Below are positions 1 through 10,006 of a DNA stretch of 64,000 nucleotides, in pieces. The stretch covers positions 2,038 to 66,037 of the forward strand of contig CASFMW010000001.1 of NCBI GenBank assembly GCA_949295935.1, written 5' to 3'. The notes below the pieces were generated by a model that saw nothing but the letters and a program-made list of their open reading frames with translations, made no database searches and was not told where the DNA came from. The translations under genes and the position numbers were made by a program. Each line of letters opens with the position of its first letter. Position 1 is the stretch's first letter. Source of the stretch: an uncultured Pseudomonadota bacterium (GTDB lineage: Bacteria; Pseudomonadota; Alphaproteobacteria; RF32; CAG-239).

Positions 1-774
1 GAATTTTCAGATATAAAAAATTTTTATTTTATTTACTTAAAACCGAGATTAAACGAACTGTTACCATCTTCTTGGAAGTATATAAGTTATGATATAATTT
101 ATTGCACGATAAAAGATATTTTACAAAAAGAGAAATCATCAGATAAGGTTAAATTTTTTCTGACACAATATTTGGAGACAATAGCAATGTTCACAGAAAA
201 CGATGAGGATAAAGAATTATACCTTCAGTTATATCTCCGTTACAAAAGCCTTTTTGATAAAGTTTTTGAATATAAAGAAAACGAGCAAAAATCATTAAAA
301 CAAATATTGGAAGATATAATCATAGCCGAAACAAAAAATTTAAGGATACATCATTTAGATAGCACAAATGCATTTGTTCGTTTTTGCTCATCAGAAATGA
401 ATAAAAAAGAGCTTTGCTACAGTGAAAATTGGGTCGAAGAAAAAAATATTATATTATTTGAATTTCAAAATAAAAAAGACGAATTACTTTTAGATGTTGT
501 TGTTGGACATACTGCTAAAGAAAATAAAACCAAGAGAAACAATCTAATAAGATATTTATGCAATAAATTGGGGTATTCGGATAATGACATTAAAAATTAT
601 CAAGAAAAAAAATGGGCTCATATTTACTCTGAATGTATCTTAAGTAAAGAAGAGTATTGGAATAATAGAAGTGATATAAAAGAATTTAAGAAAAGAATAA
701 AAAATAGCATGACTAAATTGGTAAAAAAATTTGATAATTATTTATCATGCTATAAAGATGAACAAAAGCGGTAG
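1..774 (+). CDS. C-terminal part of a CDS truncated by the window edge; possible PD-(D/E)XK nuclease-family (PDDEXK_4-like) protein
   Basis: Frame 1 has no stop from nt 1 (EFSDIKNFYFIYLKPRLNELLPSSWKYISYDIIYCTIKDIL...FFLTQYLETIAMF...) to the TAG at 772-774. The TTG start at 172 in the ORF track is therefore probably internal. The FIYL...W.YISY..I......FL.QYL pattern resembles the C-terminal region of PD-(D/E)XK family proteins, from memory only. The sequence is very AT-rich and Lys/Asn-rich. Confidence 0.45.
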   Translation, partial: EFSDIKNFYFIYLKPRLNELLPSSWKYISYDIIYCTIKDILQKEKSSDKVKFFLTQYLETIAMFTENDEDKELYLQLYLRYKSLFDKVFEYKENEQKSLKQILEDIIIAETKNLRIHHLDSTNAFVRFCSSEMNKKELCYSENWVEEKNIILFEFQNKKDELLLDVVVGHTAKENKTKRNNLIRYLCNKLGYSDNDIKNYQEKKWAHIYSECILSKEEYWNNRSDIKEFKKRIKNSMTKLVKKFDNYLSCYKDEQKR

Positions 775-794
775 GTTTATCCTGCCGCTTTTTT
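768..794 (+). terminator. rho-independent terminator of the edge CDS
   Basis: GCGGTAGG-TTTAT-CCTGCCGC hairpin (8 bp, one G-U pair) followed by TTTTTT. The TAG stop lies inside the 5' arm. Confidence 0.6.
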
Positions 795-799
795 GCGAT

Positions 800-875
800 T
801 GGTGGAGGTAAGCGGGATCGAACCGCTGACCTAATGATTGCGAACCATTCGCTCTCCCAACTGAGCTATACCCCC
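800..875 (-). tRNA. tRNA-Ala (anticodon CGC)
   Basis: The reverse complement reads GGGGGTATAGCTCAGTTGGGAGAGCG-AATGG-TTCGCAA-TCATT-AGGTC-AGCGGTTCGATCCCGCT-TACCTCCACCA. It has a full cloverleaf, a G3:U70 Ala identity pair, an encoded CCA, and anticodon loop TT-CGC-AA. Confidence 0.93.
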
Positions 876-890
876 AGATTTTGCCTAATT

Positions 891-911
891 AAAAACCGCC
901 CCAAAGGACGG
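891..911 (-). terminator. possible short terminator between the two tRNA-Ala genes
   Basis: On the minus strand the sequence is CCGTCC-TTTG-GGGCGG followed by TTTTTAA. The stem is only 6 bp (one G-U pair), so this call is weak. Confidence 0.3.
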
Positions 912-921
912 TACTTAAAAC

Positions 922-997
<76 letters not shown>

Positions 998-1031
998 AGC
1001 GATAAAGCGACTATAAAGAATCACAAAAAGA

Positions 1032-1448
1032 TTATGAATCACCGGCAAAAACTTTTCTAAACCCAGAGAAACAGCCTTGTGCCCAAGCCATGAAGAGATA
1101 ATTTTCTTCTGTATCAGTAGATTTTGTTTCAGCAATGGCCTTAAATCCTTGGCTTTGTAACAGGCGAAGCGCCGCTATATTCGAAACCTTAATATGCCCC
1201 ATCAGGTTAGGGCGATTTCGCCTGACATAGCGCAATAGTTTGGTTGCAATTTTCTTGCGCTGATACTCGGATTGTACGCATAAATGCAAAATTTCGTTTA
1301 ACGTGCTGAGGTAAATCAACCCCTTTATTTTTCGTCGGTCAACAAAAACAAAAATTTGGCTCAAGGCAATATTTGCGGCAGAAATACCATTGCTCTCGCA
1401 AAGACGGCAAATCTTTTCATAATCCGACGGGTGGGCTTTTCTAATCAT
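1032..1448 (-). CDS. GNAT-family N-acetyltransferase (RimI-like size)
   Basis: The 138-aa product starts at MIRKAHPSDYEKICRL. The acetyl-CoA-binding region is LHLCVQSEYQRKKIATKLLRYV, i.e. the Q/R-x-x-G/K-x-A/G type motif A of GNAT. I chose the ATG at 1446-1448 over the upstream ATG at 1460. Confidence 0.7.
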   Translation of the reverse strand: MIRKAHPSDYEKICRLCESNGISAANIALSQIFVFVDRRKIKGLIYLSTLNEILHLCVQSEYQRKKIATKLLRYVRRNRPNLMGHIKVSNIAALRLLQSQGFKAIAETKSTDTEENYLFMAWAQGCFSGFRKVFAGDS

Positions 1449-1527
1449 AAAATACCTCAACTTCTGTGATGAAAAGAAGATAAATGATTATGGTTAAAGA
1501 AGCCTAAATATTTTAAGAAAGATTGTG

Positions 1528-1555
1528 TTGACAAAATTGACAATCTTATTATAAT
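1528..1555 (+). promoter_or_regulatory. sigma70-type promoter
   Basis: TTGACA (1528-1533), a 16-nt spacer, then TATAAT (1550-1555), about 45 nt upstream of the ATG at 1598. A second TTGACA lies at 1537-1542. Confidence 0.6.
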
Positions 1556-1597
1556 TTGAAACGAAATTTTATTATTAACGAAAAAAATATTTATTTT

Positions 1598-1873
1598 ATG
1601 GAAACTATTATTGTTACCGGAGTTATTGTTTTAGGAATAATCGCCTTCGGACAGTTTTATCTCAAAAAGTTGCGAAAGCTTTATGAGCAAGAATTGTCGA
1701 AAAAGAAGGATTTAGCGGAAGATGATACTGTGGCAAAACCCCAATGGTTGATTGAGGCAGAAGGAGCAAAGCCTTTTGTGGCTTATGATCAACATCGATC
1801 AAGAGCCATCATGGTGTTTGTTGCTTTGGCTGCGGTAACGATTATCATCGGAGCAAGCGTTTATTTCTTTTGA
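1598..1873 (+). CDS. small two-TM membrane protein, function unknown
   Basis: METIIVTGVIVLGIIAFGQFYL forms an N-terminal hydrophobic helix and AIMVFVALAAVTIIIGASVYFF a C-terminal one. There is a consensus promoter upstream and a terminator downstream. Confidence 0.55.
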   Translation: METIIVTGVIVLGIIAFGQFYLKKLRKLYEQELSKKKDLAEDDTVAKPQWLIEAEGAKPFVAYDQHRSRAIMVFVALAAVTIIIGASVYFF

Positions 1874-1894
1874 TGACTGCAAAGCTTAAAACTC

Positions 1895-1918
1895 AAAGGC
1901 AGGAATTTCCTGCCTTTT
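1895..1918. terminator. bidirectional terminator (small membrane ORF / parE)
   Basis: AAAGGCAGGAA-T-TTCCTGCCTTTT: a palindromic GC-rich stem flanked by an A-run and a T-run, lying between two convergent genes. Confidence 0.7.
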
Positions 1919-1923
1919 GCTTT

Positions 1924-3909
1924 TTAAATATCCAAGTCATCAACAAATTTGGCGCGTTCGATAATAAATTTAAAGCGCGTTTCCGGATTTTTACCCATAA
2001 GACGCTCAACCTGCCGCCGTGTTTCAAAGGCTTCTTCCTTGCCCTCTTCGGTAGCAGTATCGGGCAACATCACCCGCAACAACATACGATTCTTCTTATC
2101 CATGGTTGTTTCTTTAAGCTGTTGGGGGCTCATTTCACCCAAACCTTTAAAGCGGCTGATGTCAGGCTTTATATTTCCTTTAACAACTTTTGTTAAAATC
2201 TTGTCTTTTTCAATGTCGTCAAGCGCGTAGTAATTTTTGCCACCGGCCACGATTTTATACAACGGCGGCGTCGCTATATAAAGATGTCCGTTTTCAATCA
2301 GCTTTGGCATTTGCTGATAGAAGAAAGTCATCAACAATGACGCAATATGTGCACCGTCGACATCAGCATCGGTCATGATGATAATTTTTTCATAGCGGAG
2401 GTTGTCTTCCACATAATTTTCTTTAATGCCGCAGCCCAAAGCCTCAATCATATCCTTAATTTCTTGGTTTTGTGTGATTTTATCAAGCGAAGCGCTAGCC
2501 ACATTCAAAATTTTTCCACGCAAAGGCAAAATCGCTTGGGTTACGCGATCACGACCCATTTTGGCCGAGCCACCGGCGGAATCTCCCTCAACAATAAAAA
2601 TTTCAGTATTCTCGGCCGCTGCTTGTGAACAATCTGCCAGTTTTCCAGGGAGGCGAAGCTTCTTAGTCGGGGCTTTGCGGTTTTGAACCTTTTCTTCTTT
2701 TTTCTTTTTACGAGCTTCCGCGCGTTCAATCACATATTCAAGCAAAGCCGAAGCGTTTTCAACATCAGATGTCAACCAGTGGTCGAATGAATCTTTAACC
2801 GCTTGTTCAACCAAGCGAATAGCTTTTGACGAGGTGAGTTTGTCTTTAGTTTGCCCTTGGAATTGCGGGTCGCGAATAAAGACAGAGAGCATGATGCAGG
2901 CATTGCTCAAAAAATCTTCAGCCGTAATCGAAGCTGCTTTTTTTACATTTGCCATTTCGCCATACTCTTTAAGACCGCGAACCAACGCCGTTTTGAAACC
3001 GAGCTCATGCGTTCCGCCTTGCGGCGTAATAACCGTGTTGCAGTAAGAATGGCAGAAGCCGTTTTCATCTTCCGGCCAGGTAATTGCCCATTCAACCTTG
3101 CCCTCATCATTGGCTAAGTCTGCCTCGCCGGAAAACATGGTACGACTGATGGTTGCGCGGCTGCCGATTTGATAGTTCAAAAAATCACGCAAACCATTGG
3201 GAAAATGGAGTTCAGCCTCTCTTGGTGTTGGGTCATCTTCAGCCAAAAGCTCGGGCGCACATTTCCATAAAATCTTTATTCCCTTAAACAAAAAAGCTTT
3301 TGAGCGGGCCATACGATAGATGCGGTTTGGCATAAAAGAACGAGAACCAAAAATCTCGGCATCAGCATGAAAAGTGATAGACGTTCCGCGGCGGTTCGGA
3401 GCATTTCCAACTAACGTAAGCGGGGTCAACGGCTTTCCTTTAGAATATTCTTGGCGATAAAGCTTTTTATCGCGAGCAATTTCAACCACTAGCTTATCGG
3501 ATAAAGCGTTCACCACCGACAAGCCGACACCATGCAAACCGCCTGAAACTTTATAAGCGCCACCGCCGAACTTTCCGCCTGAGTGCAAAACCGTCATAAT
3601 AACTTCCAGTGCCGACTTGTTTGGATATTTGGGGTGTGGGTCAACCGGAATACCTCTGCCGTTATCGGCAATCGTAACCGATAAATCAGCGTTAACACTC
3701 ACTTCAATATGATTGGCATAACCGGCAACAGCCTCGTCCATAGAGTTATCCAAAATTTCGGCGACCAAATGGTGCAAAGCGGTTTCATCCGTGCCGCCGA
3801 TATACATTCCGGGGCGATGACGAACTGGCTCTAATCCTTCCAAAACTTCAATATCTTGAGCCGAATAAGACGGGGCAACAGTCGAGGTTGCTTCAAATAA
3901 ATCAGACAT
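1924..3909 (-). CDS. parE: DNA topoisomerase IV subunit B
   Basis: The 661-aa product has GHKL ATPase and Toprim motifs: [71 protein letters not shown]. It is shorter than the gyrB paralog at 7208-9652 and lacks that gene's C-terminal insertion. Confidence 0.9.
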   Translation of the reverse strand: MSDLFEATSTVAPSYSAQDIEVLEGLEPVRHRPGMYIGGTDETALHHLVAEILDNSMDEAVAGYANHIEVSVNADLSVTIADNGRGIPVDPHPKYPNKSALEVIMTVLHSGGKFGGGAYKVSGGLHGVGLSVVNALSDKLVVEIARDKKLYRQEYSKGKPLTPLTLVGNAPNRRGTSITFHADAEIFGSRSFMPNRIYRMARSKAFLFKGIKILWKCAPELLAEDDPTPREAELHFPNGLRDFLNYQIGSRATISRTMFSGEADLANDEGKVEWAITWPEDENGFCHSYCNTVITPQGGTHELGFKTALVRGLKEYGEMANVKKAASITAEDFLSNACIMLSVFIRDPQFQGQTKDKLTSSKAIRLVEQAVKDSFDHWLTSDVENASALLEYVIERAEARKKKKEEKVQNRKAPTKKLRLPGKLADCSQAAAENTEIFIVEGDSAGGSAKMGRDRVTQAILPLRGKILNVASASLDKITQNQEIKDMIEALGCGIKENYVEDNLRYEKIIIMTDADVDGAHIASLLMTFFYQQMPKLIENGHLYIATPPLYKIVAGGKNYYALDDIEKDKILTKVVKGNIKPDISRFKGLGEMSPQQLKETTMDKKNRMLLRVMLPDTATEEGKEEAFETRRQVERLMGKNPETRFKFIIERAKFVDDLDI

Positions 3910-4018
3910 ATTTAACCTTACAACTTTCTAAAAACTTGAGGGCAATATACTTCAAAAGGCCTTATTTTTCAAGCAAGAAAAGCAGATTGGGAACAAAATT
4001 TTTAAAAGCGGAAATTTG

Positions 4019-4110
4019 TTGACAAAATTTTGGATATATGCTAAGGCTAAATTGATGTCTAATTATTAAAATATTATATTGTATGAAAAAATGGATTACT
4101 TGTTGGAGTG
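4019..4110 (+). repeat. 92-bp repeat copy 1 (promoter + leader + first 9 codons of membrane paralog A)
   Basis: Begins with TTGACAAAATTTTGGATATATGCTAAGGCTAAATTGATGTCTAATTATTAAAATATTATATTGT and runs through ATGAAAAAATGGATTACTTGTTGGAGTG. It matches 4543-4634 at 90 of 92 positions, the differences being A/G at repeat positions 16 and 20. Confidence 0.95.
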
Positions 4111-4511
4111 TTATGGCGTTGATTTCCTCGATTAACATGGTAATTAACCCCGACATAACTGTAAAACAATGTCTTATGGTTATTGTATTATCTCTTTTGG
4201 TGCTAAAATTTGGATATGATATTGAGCGAATATTTACTCCTGATGATTTGTGTGAAAGCATTCTGTCATCACAGGGGGTATGGCTCTCTGTTTTTATGTT
4301 TTTCGCAGCCTCAATAGGAATTTTTGTATTTTCAATGAGCGAATATATGCTTATTCTTCTGGGTATGGGCTGTTTAATTGTGCCAATGGATGATAAACGT
4401 TTGCCAACACGGCAAGAATGGTCAAAATTCATTAAAATTGCTTTGTCTTTTGCAATTATGGCCGCCCTTACCATATTTTTATTCCAATTTATTGAAATTT
4501 TCCCCGCCTAA
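4083..4511 (+). CDS. integral membrane protein, paralog A (4 predicted TM helices), unknown function
   Basis: 142 aa, starting MKKWITCWS and containing LPTRQEWSKF. It has the same length and architecture as the 4607-5038 product, with roughly one third identity by eye. Confidence 0.7.
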   Translation: MKKWITCWSVMALISSINMVINPDITVKQCLMVIVLSLLVLKFGYDIERIFTPDDLCESILSSQGVWLSVFMFFAASIGIFVFSMSEYMLILLGMGCLIVPMDDKRLPTRQEWSKFIKIALSFAIMAALTIFLFQFIEIFPA

Positions 4512-4517
4512 GCGGGG
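4502..4517 (+). terminator. hairpin at the end of paralog A (weak U-tract)
   Basis: CCCCGC-CTAA-GCGGGG. The stem is encoded by the final Pro-Ala codons and the TAA stop sits in the loop. It is followed by TTATTATTTGTTTTT. Confidence 0.45.
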
Positions 4518-4542
4518 TTATTATTTGTTTTTAATAAAAATA

Positions 4543-4634
4543 TTGACAAAATTTTGGGTATGTGCTAAGGCTAAATTGATGTCTAATTATTAAAATATTA
4601 TATTGTATGAAAAAATGGATTACTTGTTGGAGTG
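4543..4634 (+). repeat. 92-bp repeat copy 2 (promoter + leader + first 9 codons of membrane paralog B)
   Basis: See 4019-4110: 90 of 92 positions are identical. Identity stops abruptly after codon 9. Confidence 0.95.
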
Positions 4635-5038
4635 CGACCTTCGTTGTATCGACAATTCTTGTCGCCGCTCATCCTGAGGCGAATTTTAAGCAAATGATTC
4701 TTGTTGCTGTGCTGGCGATTGTACTTTGGTTATGCGGCTATGTTTTTGAACGTAGTTTAGCACAGGACCCATGGAGCGAAAGTCCTGTCCCGAAGCAAAA
4801 GAAGTGGATTGCGAGCCTTATTTTTTATGGTTTGGGCATATGCCTTTCGCTTTATCTGGATTTTGGTTATTGGTGTGCAGCGATAGGAGCGGTTATTATC
4901 ATTGCCGGTTTTCCCGATGAAAAGCATCTTCCGACGCGGCAGGTATGGTTTAAAATTTTCGAAAGCGCTATAATTTTTGCGCTTATAGCCTATCTTGTTG
5001 CTTTTTTGTTCCATATGATTGATTTTTTACCCGCTTAG
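4607..5038 (+). CDS. integral membrane protein, paralog B, unknown function
   Basis: 143 aa, starting MKKWITCWS, containing HLPTRQVWFKIF and ending FLPA. It is a tandem paralog of the 4083-4511 product. Confidence 0.7.
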   Translation: MKKWITCWSATFVVSTILVAAHPEANFKQMILVAVLAIVLWLCGYVFERSLAQDPWSESPVPKQKKWIASLIFYGLGICLSLYLDFGYWCAAIGAVIIIAGFPDEKHLPTRQVWFKIFESAIIFALIAYLVAFLFHMIDFLPA

Positions 5039-5052
5039 GCGGGTTTTTTTTG
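5029..5052 (+). terminator. rho-independent terminator of paralog B
   Basis: ACCCGC-TTAG-GCGGGT followed by TTTTTTTT. The TAG stop codon is in the loop. Confidence 0.75.
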
Positions 5053-5248
5053 TTTTTAAATAAAAAAATACTTGCATTTTTTAATATTAAAGAGTAAAAA
5101 CAGCCCTGTCAGAGCAATGGTGCTCTGATGATTGTTAACAAAATACACACGCAGATAAGGCGGAAGGTTAATGAAAACCATTTCGCTCCGGTGCTTTAGC
5201 AATAAAGCCAAACATCTGCGGAGGAATAACCGGAAAAGGATAAAAAAT

Positions 5249-6064
5249 ATGGCACTTCCTACATTTACAATGCGTCAGATGATTGAAGCTGGCGTACACT
5301 TTGGTCACCATGCGCGTCGTTGGAACCCGCAGATGGCTCCGTATATCTATGGCAAAAAAGACAATGTTCACATCATTGACTTGCGCAAAACTTTCCCAAT
5401 GCTTTATACAGCTTTGGCAACTGCTCGTGATGTTGCAGCTAACGGCGGTCGCGTTCTGTTCGTCGGAACAAAACGTCAGGCTCAAGACATTGTTAAAGAA
5501 AACGCTGAAAGATGCGGTCAGTTTTATGTAAACTACCGTTGGCTCGGCGGTATGCTGACAAACTGGAAAACCGTTCACAAATCAATCGCTCGTTTGGTTA
5601 AATTAAACGAGATGGAAGAAAAGAACGCTTACGAAGGCTACACCAAAAAAGAAATGCTCAACCTCAAAAAAGAACAGGCTAAACTGTCTCAGGAATTGAG
5701 CGGTATTATGAATATGGGTGGTCAGCCGGACTTGCTGTTCGTTATTGATACCCCGAAAGAAGCTTTGGCTGTTAAAGAAGCTAAAAAGCTTGGTATTCCT
5801 GTTATCGGTATTACCGATACCAATGCAAATCCGAATGATGTTGATTTGCCGGTTCCGGGTAATGATGATGCTATCCGCGCCATCCAGCTTTATTGCGAAT
5901 TGATGTCTTCTGCTATCATTGATGGTATGCAGGCTGAAATCGCTTCTCAGGGCTTGAAAGTTGAAGAAATGGTTGAAGGTGTTGAAGCCGAAGCCAAAGC
6001 AACCAAAAAAAGAGCTCCGCGCAAAGCAAAAGCTGAAACCAAGGAAGAAGCTTCTGCCGAATAA
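5249..6064 (+). CDS. rpsB: 30S ribosomal protein S2
   Basis: [35 protein letters not shown]...LFVGTKRQA...WLGGMLTNW...[10 protein letters not shown] chose the ATG at 5249; the ORF track's upstream extension has no S2 similarity. Confidence 0.96.
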   Translation: MALPTFTMRQMIEAGVHFGHHARRWNPQMAPYIYGKKDNVHIIDLRKTFPMLYTALATARDVAANGGRVLFVGTKRQAQDIVKENAERCGQFYVNYRWLGGMLTNWKTVHKSIARLVKLNEMEEKNAYEGYTKKEMLNLKKEQAKLSQELSGIMNMGGQPDLLFVIDTPKEALAVKEAKKLGIPVIGITDTNANPNDVDLPVPGNDDAIRAIQLYCELMSSAIIDGMQAEIASQGLKVEEMVEGVEAEAKATKKRAPRKAKAETKEEASAE

Positions 6065-6150
6065 TCTTTAGGCAGAAAACAAAATTGCGGCGGTATGAAT
6101 TCATATCGCCGCCCCCATTACAAAATTTCACGAAAATAGGGAAAAATAAA

Positions 6151-7077
6151 ATGACAGAGATTACAGCCGCAAAGGTAAAAGAATTAAGAGAAACAACCGG
6201 CGCCGGAATGCTTGATTGCAAAAAGGCTTTGACCGAAACCGCAGGTGATATGGAAAAAGCAATTGACTGGTTGCGCAAAAAAGGCTTGGCTTCTGCTGCC
6301 AAAAAAGCAAGCCGTATTGCAGCTGAGGGCTTGGTTGCTGTTGCTGTTGAAGGAAACAAAGGCGCTGTTGTTGAAGTAAACTCCGAAACAGACTTTGTTG
6401 CCAAAAACGAAATCTTCCAAGAATTTGTTGAAGATGCTGCAAAAGTAGCATTGTTGGATAACGGCGATATTGAAGAAATGAAAAAATTTGCTTGCCCGAA
6501 AGTTCACAAACCTTTCTGCGAGCGTTTGACCGATATGATTGCCAAGATTGGTGAAAATATGAACCTCCGCCGCGCTAAAACTTTGGAAGTTAAAGACGGT
6601 GTTGTAGCTTCTTATATTCACAGTGCAACTCGTCCGGGACTTGGCAAAATCGGCGTTTTGGTCGCTTTGGAATCTCCGGCAGATAAAGAAAAACTTCGTG
6701 AACTCGGCAAACATATTGCTATGCATATTGCTGCTTCAAATCCGTTGTTCCACACCATTGCTGATGTTGCTCCAGAGGCTTTGGAAAGAGAAAAAGCTAT
6801 TTTCTCTGAACAGGCTTTGGCTTCAGGCAAACCGGCAAATATTGTTGAGAAAATGGTTGAAGGTCGTATCCGCAAATACTATGAAGAAGTTGTTCTTGAA
6901 GAACAAGCTTATATCATGGATCCGGATAAGAAGATTAAACAAGTTATCGCTGACGCAGAAAAAGAACTCGGCGCTCCGATTAAGATGACTGGCTATGTTT
7001 GCTTCAAACTCGGTGATGGTCTTCAGAAAAAAGAAGAAGACTTTGCTGCCGAAGTTGCTGCTCAGTTGGCTCACTAA
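6151..7077 (+). CDS. tsf: elongation factor Ts
   Basis: [43 protein letters not shown]...SETDFVAKN. It lies immediately downstream of rpsB, the conserved rpsB-tsf operon arrangement. Confidence 0.96.
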   Translation: MTEITAAKVKELRETTGAGMLDCKKALTETAGDMEKAIDWLRKKGLASAAKKASRIAAEGLVAVAVEGNKGAVVEVNSETDFVAKNEIFQEFVEDAAKVALLDNGDIEEMKKFACPKVHKPFCERLTDMIAKIGENMNLRRAKTLEVKDGVVASYIHSATRPGLGKIGVLVALESPADKEKLRELGKHIAMHIAASNPLFHTIADVAPEALEREKAIFSEQALASGKPANIVEKMVEGRIRKYYEEVVLEEQAYIMDPDKKIKQVIADAEKELGAPIKMTGYVCFKLGDGLQKKEEDFAAEVAAQLAH

Positions 7078-7111
7078 TCAAGTCCCTCTTTCTCAGAGGT
7101 ATAACAAGCAA

Positions 7112-7137
7112 GCCGCTTTCCGCAAGGAAGCGGTTTT
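7112..7137 (+). terminator. tsf terminator
   Basis: GCCGCTTTCC-GCAA-GGAAGCGG stem-loop followed by TTTTGCTTT. Confidence 0.6.
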
Positions 7138-7153
7138 GCTTTATTTGTAAAAT

Positions 7154-7187
7154 AAAAAAATCTCCTTTAAGATAATAAAGGAGATTT
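7154..7187. terminator. bidirectional terminator between tsf and gyrB
   Basis: AAAAAAATCTCCTTTA-AGATAA-TAAAGGAGATTTT: a 10-bp perfect stem flanked by an A-run and a T-run between convergent genes. Confidence 0.6.
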
Positions 7188-7207
7188 TGTTGATAAAAGA
7201 GCTTATA

Positions 7208-9814
<2,607 letters not shown>

Positions 9815-9966
9815 TTAAAAACTATGCTAGAATAAGACAATGCTAAAAGGAGGCAAGGGTTAAACAAGGGCTTTTCTTCACAACAAAAATAAAAATCTTT
9901 TAGCAGAACGGAGCGGCGCCAAATAACCTCCCTCTCTCTCATAATAAAGTTATCAACGCCGCCCGT

Positions 9967-10006
9967 TAAAATCCGCAGGCAATTTCGTAAGACTTGCGGA
10001 TTTTTT
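9967..10006 (-). terminator. possible polA terminator
   Basis: Immediately after the polA TAA, the minus strand reads AAAAAAAATCCGCAAG...CCTGCGGATTTTAA. ATCCGCA and TGCGGAT form a stem around a large loop, followed by a short U-run. Confidence 0.35.

Noticed and set aside
1870-3117. Several 60-110-aa plus-strand ORFs inside parE. Similar ORFs lie inside tsf (6184-6726), gyrB (8295-8726), polA (12185-12625), gpmI (15936-16388), the yejA region and the Lon-like gene.
   Set aside because: All lie antisense to, or out of frame within, long CDSs that have unmistakable conserved motifs. They have no independent support.
3962-4474. A 170-aa minus-strand ORF opposite membrane paralog A.
   Set aside because: The plus-strand ORF has a paralog with the same length and architecture, a shared promoter/leader and a terminator. 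The minus-strand ORF has none of these.
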